Shown here: positions 35,778 through 48,707 of the stretch, piece by piece | How the letters are laid out: each line of letters starts with the position of its first letter | Position numbering within the stretch: the first letter of the stretch is position 1 | Source of the DNA: an uncultured Nitrososphaerales archaeon | GTDB taxonomy: Archaea; Thermoproteota; Nitrososphaeria; Nitrososphaerales; Nitrososphaeraceae | Length of the DNA: 64,000 bases | Assembly: GCA_963709405.1 (NCBI GenBank) | Contig: CAVPXM010000036.1 | Span: 32,001-96,000, forward strand | Direction of reading: 5' to 3' | Translations under genes and position numbers: made by a program | The notes under the pieces: model-generated | What the model was told of the DNA's origin: nothing | Database searches by the model: none | The model's input: only the letters and a program-made list of their open reading frames with translations

Positions 35778-36159
35778 ATGAGTACAAATGAGACAGGAGA
35801 GACCATGAATCCTGAGAGAGACGGTATCAATCCAACTGCAAAACCGACCGGTACAGGTTGCGTCGAGTGTTTGACAACGGGTGAGTGGTGGCTACACCTC
35901 CGCCGATGCGCCGAATGCGGGCACATCGGCTGGTTGCGATAACTCGCCAAACCAACATGCCTCAAAGCACAACGCGACTACCGGTCATCCGATTATCACG
36001 AGCTTCGAGCACGGAGAGGATTGGTTCTACGACTACCGCACAGGAGAGTTCTTTGCAGGGCCTAAGCTACCCGGTCCCCATGGCCACCCCTTAGATCAGT
36101 CCGTGCCTGGACCGGCTGGACGGGTGCCCATAGAGTGGCAATCACTCCTCCATGAATAA
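35778..36159 (+). CDS. UBP-type zinc finger protein (one frameshift)
   Basis: GCVECL..WWLHLRRCAECGHIG | CDNSPNQHASKH...SFExGEDWFYDY; GC-rich. Confidence 0.85.
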
Positions 36160-36610
36160 AGTGCAACTTGCATCCAAGCGGGGCTTGGGAGCGATGCGCC
36201 AGATGTTCCCCCTGACTTTCCTGTGCGCGCTTCTGGTGATACGAGAAACCTTGCCAAAGGCACAATGTCTTTGATCTCGCCAAGCTGCCCGTTGATGCTC
36301 TGACCCTTAAAATATTCCTTCGGGTCAGGATATATCTCATCTAAAACAGATTCTAATGAAATGAACTGGTTGTATTGGAATGCCGGAAGGCATAGTAAGG
36401 ATGGTCACTGCCTAAGAGCAAAGACATCGATGAATCCAAGATTTACTTTTCTTTTCTCTACATGTGTAGGAGTTGAAGGGCTTACAGGTTTTTCTGTCCT
36501 TTCCCTCGACATATCCTCTGATCTTTGTTTGTTTGTTTGTTTGTATTATTCTACATGGTGTTGGTGAACAAGCTGGTCATAGAATCTAACCGACTTGATA
36601 TTGACAAACT

Positions 36611-37018
36611 CTAGCATACCATACCAAATTCCTCGTGCCTCATGAGCTTGCATTCCGCGTTCATTGCAGCACCTCTTATCAATAATGCTCTGATCTTGTT
36701 TGCTTTATAGAACACTATGCCAATTTCTCTAAAAAAAGCTACTTTATCAAGATGTTTGCCCGAGTACTTTCCAGCAAGGCTACAGAGCATGTTTTGATCT
36801 TCAGCTGCTAGATTAACTCCAAACTCCTTAGACGCCTTGATGTTTTCGGCTGTCGCATCCATGCTACGAATATTTACAGCAATTAGACTTGGGCTATAAG
36901 ATATGTGATGTGTCCATTCAGCTGCCATTACATTAGGACCATAAGGCCCATCACTTGTAATTAGCCCTACATTTGTCAAAAATTGCCTAGTACGTCTATC
37001 ATTCCAAGAAAGATCCAT
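36611..37018 (-). pseudogene. Flavin reductase-like protein, 3'-truncated
   Basis: PNVMAAEW, SPSLIAV, TAENIxxSKEFGVN, AECK; GDH motif missing. Confidence 0.75.
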
Positions 37019-37739
37019 ATCTGTGAAATTATTAATTATAAATATATACTAACGCCTCTAGCAAAATAAGATAAATAATTACTTTTGTTATAGTAGGCAT
37101 TAATATAATTCGCATCTATCTTCGCTGCCTGTTTGTGCATTGTCGTGCTTTGTCGCACGATTCATTATCGGACCTATATCAGGGCTTGCCAGCCGCTACT
37201 GTAATTCAGAACACATTGTGAAAAAAGCTATAAGACGGTTCCCCGTTCGGACGAAGATCACGCTCGAATCGCTAGGGGATATTAACGCGAAACCTAGCTG
37301 GAACAGTGAGGAGCGCGCGCACGTTCATGTTCCCAATTACATAGTAATTCAGATATACATATAGATGAACTCAGCAAATCCCGATCATATAGTTAACTTC
37401 TTTTAGGGAGATTCAAATATGCTCTATACACCGTTGCCAGTTGCAAGGAACGCACTTTAAAGCAAAGCCCTCTTAATGCGATAATTGCTAAAAACAAGAT
37501 TACTTTTATTGCACATTATGTCCAGACATAAAGATTGTACAACTGGAATCAATAGAGCACCATACCAAGTACAAAGATCCCGAGAAGCATAAATCAGAGT
37601 CTGTTAGTTCCCTAAGCTTACTCATGACTAGGCGGATTCTATGACTAGGTAAAACATTCAGGACTTGTGATGAACTCATAAACAAATCGGCCTGCTAATT
37701 TATTCTATAATTCAAAAGGAAAAATCTAAAATAAGTAAC

Positions 37740-38018
37740 CTAATGCGCCGTAATAACTAGCATAGATGCATACCAATCAGCTGTTAATTTATGTGCCATA
37801 GCACTCATTAGGTCACCTGATTTTATATTTGAGTCTGCCTGTTCCTGTTCTTCTTTGATTTTCTGAATGAAATATTCGTGTTGACGTATTTGTTTTTGCT
37901 TAAATATATCGTCGATTGTTTTTTGAAATTTGCTCAAGTCACCAGAAATTTTTTCATTAAGTTTTCGGGTTAATTCATCTTGTTGTACTTGTATTTCACG
38001 CATCTCATCATTAATCAT
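37740..38018 (-). CDS. Small coiled-coil hypothetical protein
   Basis: Clean ORF with helical heptad character. Confidence 0.5.
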   Translation of the reverse strand: MINDEMREIQVQQDELTRKLNEKISGDLSKFQKTIDDIFKQKQIRQHEYFIQKIKEEQEQADSNIKSGDLMSAMAHKLTADWYASMLVITAH

Positions 38019-38284
38019 TAGTAGATCTTCAAAATATCATACTTTTAAAGATTTTTCTAGAATAGCCCTCATTTCTAGCCTATCTGAGTTCCCATGACTG
38101 TAAGTTTAGTAGTTTTAATATCTTGTTGTTTTAGCCCTGCAGACACAAGAATAACAGTGGCACATGCATGCATAAACCATCATATTCCCTCGATAACTGC
38201 ATTCTAGGTTAAATCAAAAAATGTATATTATAAACATCTATACAAAGAAAATGGACACAAAAAAAATTATTGTTTGTGGAGGAA

Positions 38285-38752
38285 CTATTGGTGTTGAACT
38301 GGGCGGAATGAATTCCAAGCCTTTGCGGCGCTCGTGTTATATTCTGTCATAGACTCAATTGTTCGATTAAAGGTTCTGAAGTTTTCTGCTGCTGCATTTA
38401 TCGCGTTGACTGTCAATTGGTTGTTGATCCTAACTGCTTTGACTATGTTCTCGGTTATCTCGTTTGATTGCTTTACAAATTCATCAGTGTATGGTGGTGC
38501 TACTGGTGGAACGTTCCCGTTACTTGCAAACACCTTGTGAGCTGAAACCATACTTTGGATAGTATCCTTTGCTGCGTCAATGCAATTAAGCTGTAGATTA
38601 GAGACCGATTGTGCATATTGTGGTTGAGCTTTTGCATACTCGTCTACTATTCTAACGTAGTTTTGTCTTACTGTGTCATAAAAGTTAGCTGCTTCAGCTG
38701 ACCTAGTTGAAGTGGTGGTTATGTCGTCTTTAGATTTAATATTATCTACCAT
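38285..38752 (-). CDS. Phasin-like amphipathic protein (paralog of 19211-19711)
   Basis: AQPQYAQSVSNLQ, APxY..FVKQSNE, INNQLTVNA, AKAW. Confidence 0.65.
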   Translation of the reverse strand: MVDNIKSKDDITTTSTRSAEAANFYDTVRQNYVRIVDEYAKAQPQYAQSVSNLQLNCIDAAKDTIQSMVSAHKVFASNGNVPPVAPPYTDEFVKQSNEITENIVKAVRINNQLTVNAINAAAENFRTFNRTIESMTEYNTSAAKAWNSFRPVQHQ

Positions 38753-39216
38753 TTTTATCTCATCTATAATACTATTAGCGTCCACCTTATATATACGTTG
38801 GTATTTAATGGGTCTAAATTCCATATAAAACCATATAATGTCGCAATTCACCGGTGGCAATGCAGAAGGATACCAGCAAGTTCCACGACTTTCCCGAGTT
38901 CCCGTTTGGACGAAAATCACGCTCAAATTCATTGTGATACAAACGGGAAAGATGACGGCGATGTTGAAAGGCGCGCATACTCATGTTCTCCGTTACCAAC
39001 CAAACTATCTATAGATATAGAAGACACGACTCATCTTAGCTCATTAAACGATTTCTTTCATGACAATCCAAATATATCATATATGGTTCCTCCGGAACAC
39101 GTTCTAGAGCAAAGTCCGTGTCGCACAATAGTTGTCATAAAACAGGGATACTTTTATTGCAGATTGCATCCTGACATAAAGAACGTACATCTGGAATTGG
39201 TAGAACTTGAATATGC

Positions 39217-39620
39217 CTAGATGATTCTATAGAAAGGAAACTTCAGAACTTGTAGTGGTCTTGCATAATCCTTCATACCAGTAAAGTCAATCATAATGCA
39301 CGGTTCATTTCCAACAACCCATGCATTGTGTCCAGGCGGTATTACAGCAGTATCTCCAGGTCCGCCTTCAACTTCTGTGCCATCGTCCATCTTGACTTTC
39401 ATTCTCCCAGAAATAGTATATGATGTATGAGGAGCTTGGCAACTATCTGTATTAACTAGTGACTTGATACATTTTTCCCAACTCCATCCTGGTTCTAATG
39501 TTCCTCTACCTATGGTGACGCCGCTATCCATAAAGTTTACAATTTCTATCTTTCCTTTTCAAATGTCCTTACTTCGTCAGGTGAAGCAAAGCTTTTTGCC
39601 AATATTTTTGCTGATGACAC
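39217..39620 (-). CDS. Cupin domain protein (frameshift near 5' end)
   Basis: SPDEVRTF | TLEPGWSW, CQAPH, IPPGHNAWVVG. Confidence 0.8.
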
Positions 39621-39839
39621 TGACTATTGGAAAGATAGCATTAACATTAAAGGATTACGAAGCTTGTGATGCCTCTAGTAATTTTAGTCATATATGACAC
39701 TATCTGATTCTTGATGTCAGGTTTTATTGGCATGCTGAAGCAAATACATCTTGTTGGCAAAAATTATTTTGGTGAGTTAGTTATAACATCGGAACGCAGA
39801 AACTATCTTCAAACACCGCCGAGTCCATGAGTTCGACGA

Positions 39840-40274
39840 CTACCTATTGCTATTTGCCAACCCGGGATTTCTGTCCAGATAATCAGCTATCTCTTCGAAT
39901 GTCGCACCAGAATCATTCAGCTCTATCAGTAATTCTTTACTGATACCGGCCTGTCTCAATGCGACTAACGCAGCATATAATTTTCTTTCTGCGTTAGTGA
40001 TGCATTTGCCGTCCCAACCATAATAAGACATGATGACACCCATAACACATCTTCCACCAAGTCCGTCGGTATACTGCTTTCTAATCTGTGTAAACTGTTT
40101 TCCATATGTCCGTAGTATTTGAGAAATAGATGATTCTTGGTTCGACTGTTGACTAATGGTACTAATATCTGGCCCATGGGTATGTCGCTCGATGTTCTGT
40201 GTTAACTGCTTTTTATACGTCCGTAGTATTTGAGAAACAGATGATTCTTGCTCTAATAGTTGTTGCTGAGCCAT
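39840..40274 (-). CDS. Hypothetical protein with an internal duplication
   Basis: QESSxSQILRTYxKQxTQ twice; GRCVMG, ELNDSGATFEEIADYL C-terminus. Confidence 0.6.
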   Translation of the reverse strand: MAQQQLLEQESSVSQILRTYKKQLTQNIERHTHGPDISTISQQSNQESSISQILRTYGKQFTQIRKQYTDGLGGRCVMGVIMSYYGWDGKCITNAERKLYAALVALRQAGISKELLIELNDSGATFEEIADYLDRNPGLANSNR

Positions 40275-41719
40275 ATATTGCCAATAAATAATCACAAACA
40301 AACTATTTAGAAGCTACGTTTACTGCGTTTCTATGGAAATGGTGTGTGGACTCCCCTTTTAGACATTTTGCAGGAATCTAGGTTTCGGTGGGATGCAATA
40401 CACCAGTGTATGTAATCCATTATCGCTCAATCTATGTCACATAATTAGACATCATTTAACCCATAGCTCTAGTCTGGACATATTTACAGTGGAAGTACGC
40501 TACAAAAGAACATCGTTTAGTAGATAGCGATCTTGATCCTAAATTCATAGCAAAAATGTCAAGAAGATGATGCCTCTTCTTTGGAAAAATGTAGGTTTCA
40601 ATTTTGTAGATAGTCTTAGAATAGCTATAGCTCAAGGTTGCTGTTTGGGCGGCTCAACAATAATCAATGTCACTGTTTGCTTTGATACTCCTTTGCGAGT
40701 TGATTTTAGCTTGGGTCTACGTCTTCTCTGAATCTACGTAATCGTGAATAAATGTCTGCTTTATATTTTCTGCTAGGCTACAAAGCTCTTCGAGATTATT
40801 AAACTCATTTCTTTTCTTTATTACTAATCCCAGCGAGGCTAACTCATTTCTCCACCACGCGGGTCAGATTATCAAATTTTGTGTTTGATAGAATTTTCCG
40901 ATCGAAATAACACTTCTGAGATACACCCCTTTGAAGATTCCATTGATAACCATAGGACCAATAAGTCTCGCATAGTGCAGTACCAGTCTATCACTCTCTA
41001 TGACTGGACTGCCTTCATCCTTCTTGATTAGTTTAACGGTAATAATTATCGTATCAGAAAACGCTCTGATATCGTAGTTTACATTGGAGGAATCAGAGGT
41101 TTTTAGGGCCTGGTTCTTGTACAGTTACCAGTTGGCGAGGGGAGGGTCACCTTTGAAGATTTAACTTTAGTTCCACTGAGAGCTCAACAGAGATCCTTGA
41201 TGTATGGTAGGACACGACCAATGTAACAAAAAGAGTATTATAGCATTTTCGTTTTGATAGCATTTACAATCATGCCAGTGTCTGTTAACTTGTCTATTCC
41301 ATGATAGCATTGTCCTAACAATTTCAAAATCTGATACAATTCTAGCACTTCTAGTTGTTTCATCGTTAGAATCTAAATTATTTGATGAGTGCGCATAGTA
41401 TATGACATATTGGTAAGTCGCCGCTCGTATCGCTACCACCTTGCACAGATTGGCCTTGATTTACAGTAACGTGATTATCATTTCCTTCCGGTATCTTTTG
41501 GTCCACTTGATGCCACCAATTACTGTATCCATGTGAGTCATTTCAAAAGTCTAACTTACTGAGGTAGATTGCAATCTTTTGAACGTTGCGCTCTCCCAGT
41601 TTTGGAGTTAAGAAAAATGATTTATCTGATTGTTTTATAGATTCTTTCGTTGGGTAATCTGAAGGAAGTATTGTTCTACCAATATCTAACGGGGACGGGA
41701 AGCTATTAAACTAGCACAA

Positions 41720-42200
41720 TTATTTTTTAACGTTAGCACCAGCAAAGAAATTGTTAAGCATATTTACTACAAAGTCTGGCCGCTCTTCTGGAATCCAGTG
41801 TCCTGATAGAGGAACCTTAATACCAGTAACATTTTGAGCTAATTTTTGCATTCCGTAGAGTGCATAGTTAATAGTAACATCGCCTCCAAAAGCCGGAATA
41901 TATCCCGCTCCTACTGCTAGTACTGGCATTGTAAGCTTTGTCTTTGAATAATTCATATTTTGAATCGCATCTTCTGGGAATGCTCTAAAGTAGTTAAATC
42001 CGTCACGCATTCCACCTGGAGCAGAATAATGACTAACAAATTCATCGATATCTGCCTGCGTTATTGCAGCCGGATTGGCTGCAATGTTATGATAGAACCA
42101 TGACAAGTACATGCGCTCCTTTCCATCTACAAGTGCTTCTGGTACGTCTGGTGTTTGATGAAAAGGAAACCACCATACTTTTCCTTCAAGCTGAGGAGGC
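41720..42200 (-). pseudogene. Alpha/beta hydrolase (epoxide hydrolase-like), C-terminal fragment
   Basis: WWFPFHQTPD, FNYFRA, SGHWIPEERPD. Confidence 0.8.
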
Positions 42201-43105
42201 TTGTCGCTAACTTATACCTAGAAGAATTAAAGAAATGGTCTTATACAACTATGGTTTAGGTAAAATGGTTTGAGAATGCAAAGCGGTAAGATAAGGAAGT
42301 TCTCTTGATTGGCCTATTGCTGTTGTCTTTGACATTGATAGTATCAGTTTGTCACGCCGCCTACACCACTTTAGGAGTAAAAATTCGGGAGGTTTCGATA
42401 GGCCAAAGCGTGATCAGCATATTTGGAGTTTTCAACTGATAATTGGTGCTGGTTTGGCATATCTTATCCCCGTGCTCCTCTTGGATATACTTCATTAGAA
42501 GCTTCTACTTAGGGCTGTAGCCCATACACGAAAGCTCGAAAAGGAGTCATTTCGGAATGAGATCTCTACAACGTCTGAATTAACCTCTAGACATCTTACA
42601 CAAATTCATACTATAGGAGGATATTTAGTTTATAGCCTAATTTTTCTATTTGGAGGTCTTTTCATATTTTATGGGACGCCACAGCAATAATAGCATCATC
42701 ATTTCTGTCGCTAAGAGATATAAAAAATAATACGAATAATAGAAAAACGATAATACCACCAACATTGAATGTACAGCAACTCGGCTAAGATAATCGGTAC
42801 TCAAGTTATATGTATCGACAAAAAGGATTGAAATATTTTTTTAAAGCTCCAACTACCCTAAAGACTCTAACGACTTCAGAAAACAGGTGTTTTGTTGCAT
42901 GACTCTGATCCTCGTCTCTTATGGTTTAGAAGAGTCATGTTTAAGATAAATACATGATATTAATTAATACAATATTATCGGCTTATCGTCAAGTAGTTGC
43001 GATTTGCTTAGTTATGCAACAAAGCAGATTCAGTCAATCGAACGAAGGTAGGTCCTTCCTTTAGTTAAAGTTAATATTCAACAGTTAGACCTCTGAGGAG
43101 GCTTA

Positions 43106-44042
43106 TTACTCCTTATCCTGCTTACTTTCAAGATATTTAATTGCATCAATTGCTGCTTTGCAACCAGATCCTGCTGCTGTTACCGCCTGTCTATATATAT
43201 AGTCATAAACATCTCCGGCTACAAAAATACCGTCAATATTCGTTTTATTCTCATCATATTTCTTGATGTATCCCTTGTTATCAAGTTCAAGTTTACCTCT
43301 GAAGAGATCTGTATTTGGTTTGTGTCCTATAGCCACAAATACTGCAGCACACATTATATCCGATAACTCGTTTGAGAGTAAATTTCTTATTCTGATCCCT
43401 TCTACCCTATTTTCACCAAGGATTTCGTCAATCACACTATTCCAAACAAAAGAGATCCTCTTATTGTTGAATGCCCTTTGTTGCGTTATTCTAGCAGCTC
43501 TCAACTCATTTCTTCTGTGAATAACCTTGACACTATTCGTAAGTTTTGAAAGAAATAAAGCTTCCTCTATGGCTACGTCTCCCCCTCCTACTACTACCAC
43601 ATCTTTACATTTAAAAAAGAAACCATCGCAAGTACTGCAAGCAGATACTCCTTTACCTTTCAATCTGCTTTCAGATTCTAGCCCAAGCCACATAGCTGAA
43701 GAACCAGTTGCAATTATGACAGCTTCTGCCATATGGACAGTATCTCCAATGTTGATCTTGAATGGCCTTGATAGAAAATCTACTGAATCAACCGCCGCAT
43801 CGATAAACTTTGTGCCAAACCTCTCCGCTTGCTTTCTCATATTCTGCATTAAATCAGATCCTCCTATTGCATCAGGAAATCCAGGAAAATTTTCAACATC
43901 AGTTGTAAGCATCAACTGCCCTCCTGGTTCATTTCCTGATATTACTACTGGCGCCAGTCCTCCTCTTGCAGCATAGATAGGCAGCCGTTAAACCAGCAGG
44001 GCCGGATCCAATTATGATTACTTTATTGCTATTATCGTTCAT
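43106..44042 (-). CDS. trxB: Thioredoxin reductase (frameshift near 43980)
   Basis: IIGSGPAG | GGQLMLTTDVENFPG, CSTCDG, GGGDVA, AGDVxD, RQAVTAAG. Confidence 0.92.
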
Positions 44043-44765
44043 GTAGATTCTGGTGAATGAATAAGGGGAGATTTTGTTATTAAAAGTTAACAAAAGGGTA
44101 CGTTTAGTTTATCACTTATTTACTTGCCCAATCAAACAACCTAAATAATTAATAAATAAATGATAGTGATAATGACACAAGACATGTTTATTTGTGATAT
44201 TTGTAGAAACGAAATATGCTCCACTCGTTATCAGAGATCAAGGAAGCAAACAAGTTAAAAGTTTGTACATATGAAATGCTGTTCGGTTGAAGAGATAAAA
44301 AAGAATTTTCTGTCATATGCCCAAAATCAGATCAGATTTTATCATGATATTATGGATCTAGTCAATGATACTAATGTAAAGAATATCAAGGATTTTGAAA
44401 TGAAATATGGCAATTATGAAACGTATTCGTATAGAAAACAGACAGTGCAATCATATAGCAGATCAGTACAAACTAAGCAAGATCAATAAAGCAGCCGCAA
44501 CCTTTGACCCACTGGAAACAACCGAACCCTATACTAATGAAAACGACGTAACCCTTGATCTCCTTGCCGAAGAGTCCCGAAATAATGCGTTTGTCATATC
44601 TGGAACCAAATCTCCCAACGTTGAGAATGCTGGAAGAGAACTGACCTCAGAATCAAGCGCAGATCAAGGCCTCGTATTAGTTCAGAAAGTGGGTAAAAAA
44701 CTTAGCTGTAAACATTGTGGGCATTCATGGATATTTAGCGTTCGAGTCATATATTAATATCCTAA

Positions 44766-45383
44766 ATGAGATCATTATTTAAAGATCATATGTCCGCAAT
44801 TTGCATTGCTTTCTATTTTCCAGAATATAGCGGGCATAGAGCATTTCTGCAATTGGGCAGTCAGAAACTCCTATATGAGGCAATAAGACAAATTGATGAT
44901 CCTCCAATTCTCTACGGTCAGGAGCTAGGTGAAGTTCTTGGAAGAGAGCGCACAGTTAAATTCTTGCAATTTGTTATCAAAACATGCTGTGAAAATCTTA
45001 TTGAAGGCAAATCTGAGTCTCTTATTACGGACAGGATACGTGCAGAACTTACAACTTATTTTCAAACTTTGGAACAGGATGTGGTTCAAATAGCAGCCAA
45101 TCACGCTACTTTGCTAGTTGAGATCGCAGAAGCTGTAAGGAACACTGTTCTTAATAACAAGTACCGCCAGGATCACGATCTTGCAGATAGGAATTCCAAA
45201 AAGGCTAAGATATGGGGGAATAAGGCAGATGCTTTAGTTAAAGAGATTCGCACTTTGACAAAAAAACCAACTAACATTCCGAGAGTGTTTGAACGAATTA
45301 TTGTAAAAGCTGACGATGCAGCAGATTTTTTAGAAGAGGCAGTATTTCTGATGAGTCTCTCACAAAGGCGCGGAGCATTTTAA
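44766..45383 (+). pseudogene. Fragment of a DUF47/PhoU-like phosphate transport regulator
   Basis: AKxWxxKAD and ADDAADFLEEAVF helical-bundle motifs; appears cut at both ends. Confidence 0.55.
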
Positions 45384-45767
45384 TAATACGCTCAGTTACA
45401 GAGGTGTAAGCATCTACCGTTTTCAAAATGGAAAGATGACAGAGACTTGGCATGTAGTTGATGGTTTCCCATTGAAACAGAGGCGAAATACATTCCAGGA
45501 CGTAATATATTTAGTGCCAAATCTAAACCAAAATAGATAGTTGGACCAGAGTTACATCTTCATAACGTAGGCCTAAGGCCTATTACCGTCATATTATCAT
45601 TATTGCCATCTAATTACCTCTATTTTCTCTATTACCAAGATATTTTAGTTTGAATTCAAATGAGGATGGAATATGCTATATTTTGCAATGATATTTTCTT
45701 TTCATCGTCCTGACTTGACTGAACATAAAAGATCGTTGTAAAGTGATTTTTAAATGTAATCTCTCAT

Positions 45768-46472
45768 TTACGTTCTCTTTATTAGATTGCCTTTCATCTG
45801 TACAAATTCTGCTTCTGTAATTACTCCTTGATCCCTTAATTTTGCAAGTTTAGATAATTCATCAGCTATGGATGTTACTGGATTACTAATTCGCTGATTT
45901 TGCGTATTGGTCATTTCTTTATTGTCTATCGTTTCTGGTTTTACTTGGGCTGATGATTCTTGTCCTTTCGTGTATGTAGAGAAAGAAGATTTTTTACTAC
46001 TTTGCATCCCAGATCTAATTATTTCAATTAAATCCTCTGCTTTTTTCTTTGGAATAGCTTCAATTGTACCACCTTCTTCATCCTCTTGTCCATCAATAAT
46101 CTCTTCCATCATTCCTAATCTGGTAGAACTGACTAATCCTGGAGCTTTGAATCTAATTGTAGATGTCAATATATTTTTCTCAAGCCTAACGCTTGTAATA
46201 ATATCATAGGGAATATCTACAATATTTTCTTTGAGCCCTAGCATATATGGATCTCTTATAATTATCCTCCTATCTGTAGCATACACTGTATTCGGTGTCA
46301 TGTAGGATCCTCCAGGTTTTATCCTGGATTGCTTTGCAACTAGTAGGACTTTTTCATCAGGATTTAGCATTTCAGCAATCTTAGTTATCTCTGATAGCTC
46401 TTCTCTATCCTTCATATTTGTAGTAAATAGGTCAGTATTCTTTTTCTTCCTGCTGCCAAATCCAAATGGCAT
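45768..46472 (-). CDS. Bacterial-type PH domain plus SHOCT protein
   Basis: ATDRRII...DIPYDxITSV; IADELSKLAKLRDQGVITEAEF. Confidence 0.85.
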   Translation of the reverse strand: MPFGFGSRKKKNTDLFTTNMKDREELSEITKIAEMLNPDEKVLLVAKQSRIKPGGSYMTPNTVYATDRRIIIRDPYMLGLKENIVDIPYDIITSVRLEKNILTSTIRFKAPGLVSSTRLGMMEEIIDGQEDEEGGTIEAIPKKKAEDLIEIIRSGMQSSKKSSFSTYTKGQESSAQVKPETIDNKEMTNTQNQRISNPVTSIADELSKLAKLRDQGVITEAEFVQMKGNLIKRT

Positions 46473-46934
46473 ATGTATACTATAATGAAGTAATGATTAT
46501 GATGTATTTAAGCCCATTATGATCACGCATTCGCCAAATCAGAAAAAACAAACATTAGAAAAATGTGTTATATAATTTAGTAGGTATCTTCTTCTTAAAA
46601 GAATAAGTATATTGTTACCATAGAATTTGCTATAGTATGAACCTACATGGTAGAAAAAGCATAACGATATTTATGATTATAGCTGCAATAATCATTACTT
46701 TTGGTTCCATCACTCCGCTCACTGGAGCGGAGGTCTTTGCAAAATCTAGTGCATATCAATCTGGATATAATCATGGAGTAAGTGATGCAAAAACTTGACT
46801 ACGCACGATAGACAATAGTACATTCCATACTGGAATAGCATTTCCTACAATGCAATCTCAAGCTCCCCATAAGCTCAAGAGTCTCTTTTAAGTCATCAAG
46901 AATCATGATAGGATAAGACTGACCGGTTTCTTTA

Positions 46935-46985
46935 TCTAGTATCATAGGTCTAGTATCATAGGTCTAGTATCATAGGTCTAGTATC
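46935..46985. repeat. 14-bp tandem repeat x3.6
   Basis: TCTAGTATCATAGG x3 plus TCTAGTATC, inside a minus-strand gene fragment. Confidence 0.9.
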
Positions 46986-47289
46986 CATGTTTATTTTCGT
47001 AATGATTGTTAGATAGTTCATTAATCTCGCCTGAACGGTCATACTCCAGACATGGTTTTCAGAAACTGGAATAGACTCAGATATGGCTTCGTTTATGGGA
47101 TTTGGGATCTTGATACCAGAGTCCTTTGACTTTAGATTTCTGCTATGTTGCTTGAGCTTCGCAATTATCACCTTAGTTATACCTACGTTCAGAGTACGCT
47201 AGACAAGTATTGGATAAAAGTCATACTGTATTCATATCAATACAGCATCTTGCAATTGATACCTTGCCAGATAGTGTAGTAGTAGGTTA

Positions 47290-47665
47290 TTCTCCGGCCG
47301 ATACACTACTCATGGTTGGAACATCTTTTCCTTATATAGACTATCTTCCAAAGCCAGGCCAAGCAAGAGGAATTCAAATTGATATAAAGCCTGAAAAGAT
47401 TGGTCTTCGTTATCCTGTCGAAATTGGATTAGTAGGCGATTCAAAACTAATACTATCTGCAATGCTTCCAGTTTTAAATCGAAAGGATAACCTAGAATTT
47501 CTAAAATCAAAACAAAAAGCAATGAAAAATTGGAATAGATTATTGGAAGAGTATGGTACTAGAAATGATATGCCAATCAAAGCGCAAGTTATTGCAAAAG
47601 CAGTTTCCGAAGAATTAGAAGATAATGCAATAATTTCTGTAGATTGTGGTACAAACACTTCTTGA
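47290..47665 (+). pseudogene. Pyruvate oxidase/TPP-enzyme internal fragment
   Basis: DTLLMVGTSFPY, IQIDI, LVGD, SVDCGT. Confidence 0.8.
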
Positions 47666-48399
47666 ATTTCTATAAAGTCCTGTGCCCCAGCAAGTCTAGT
47701 TTCCGATTTTGGTAGCATATATTTTGCACATTGTCCGTCTACAGCGTCATTGTCATAATGATCTACTTGTTTGGCAGTATTGCCAAAAGGAATGTCCCTG
47801 ACGGTCTTGGCAGCTGCTTTTTCCAAGTCTGATAGAAATTCCTTCTGTATTATCACGTCATTTCTAGTTCCAATCACCACCAATTGCAAGGATGACAAGG
47901 ATGACTTGCAGATTATAGATATAGATGCAGGATTAAGAGCAGCTTCAGAAGCATAACAATTTAGGTATTAATAAGTAGACATTTAAAGGGAACCGCTGCC
48001 TTCGACAAATTCCCATGCATTACACTCATACTTTCAATATAGTCTATTCTACTTCTTTGCATTATCCTAACAATCGGTTCCTCTCTCTAGTTCCCCAAAA
48101 GTGGTCACAACTAATTTCCTGTAACTTTTTTATACCTAGAGATAGTGTTGATTCCACTGATTCTTTCATCTATTTGTCAGATTATTCGGTGCTTGTAGAA
48201 TTTCCCTTTATTTCAACGGATCTCGCAGCTATCATATTTCTCACATACCAGCTGTATAGAAACGTAAACGACTGAAGCTGGATTGCTTCGGATGACGGAA
48301 AAAAGTGGATAGAAAAATATTATTCAAAAGGATACAATTAGTTTCCTCGCTATTCGTGTAGTGAACATAGCAGTATAGATAGGTATGTTGAATTACGGC

Positions 48400-48561
48400 A
48401 GTCTTATACAATTGCTTTGTATGCTATCATAAGTCAGCTTGAGACTAATGGCAAAGGGAGGTAAATCCATATTGATATGAGCTTAAAATTGACAGACACA
48501 ACATGTAATCGCTCTTCATTATTACCGATGTTCATTTTGTGTGGGAAATGTTACTGGTGTG
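48400..48561 (+). repeat. 162-bp inverted repeat, copy A (copy B at 58582-58743)
   Basis: Only one mismatch seen against the reverse complement of copy B. Confidence 0.92.
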
Positions 48562-48707
48562 CGACATACATTGATAATTCAAGGACGCCAGTAAATAATA
48601 ATTGTCCACAATGTAAAGATTATATTGAATTGTTTGTCTTTCCTATCACGGCTAATGAATCATTTAGATCTGATTACAATGTAAAACGCAGGACAGAATT
48701 GCAATGA
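48477..48707 (+). CDS. Small zinc-ribbon protein
   Basis: CGKCYWC...CPQC; paralog of 58409-58666. Confidence 0.65.
   Translation: MSLKLTDTTCNRSSLLPMFILCGKCYWCATYIDNSRTPVNNNCPQCKDYIELFVFPITANESFRSDYNVKRRTELQ

Noticed and set aside
46935-46985. Possible CRISPR mini-array
   Set aside because: Head-to-tail 14-mers with no spacers.
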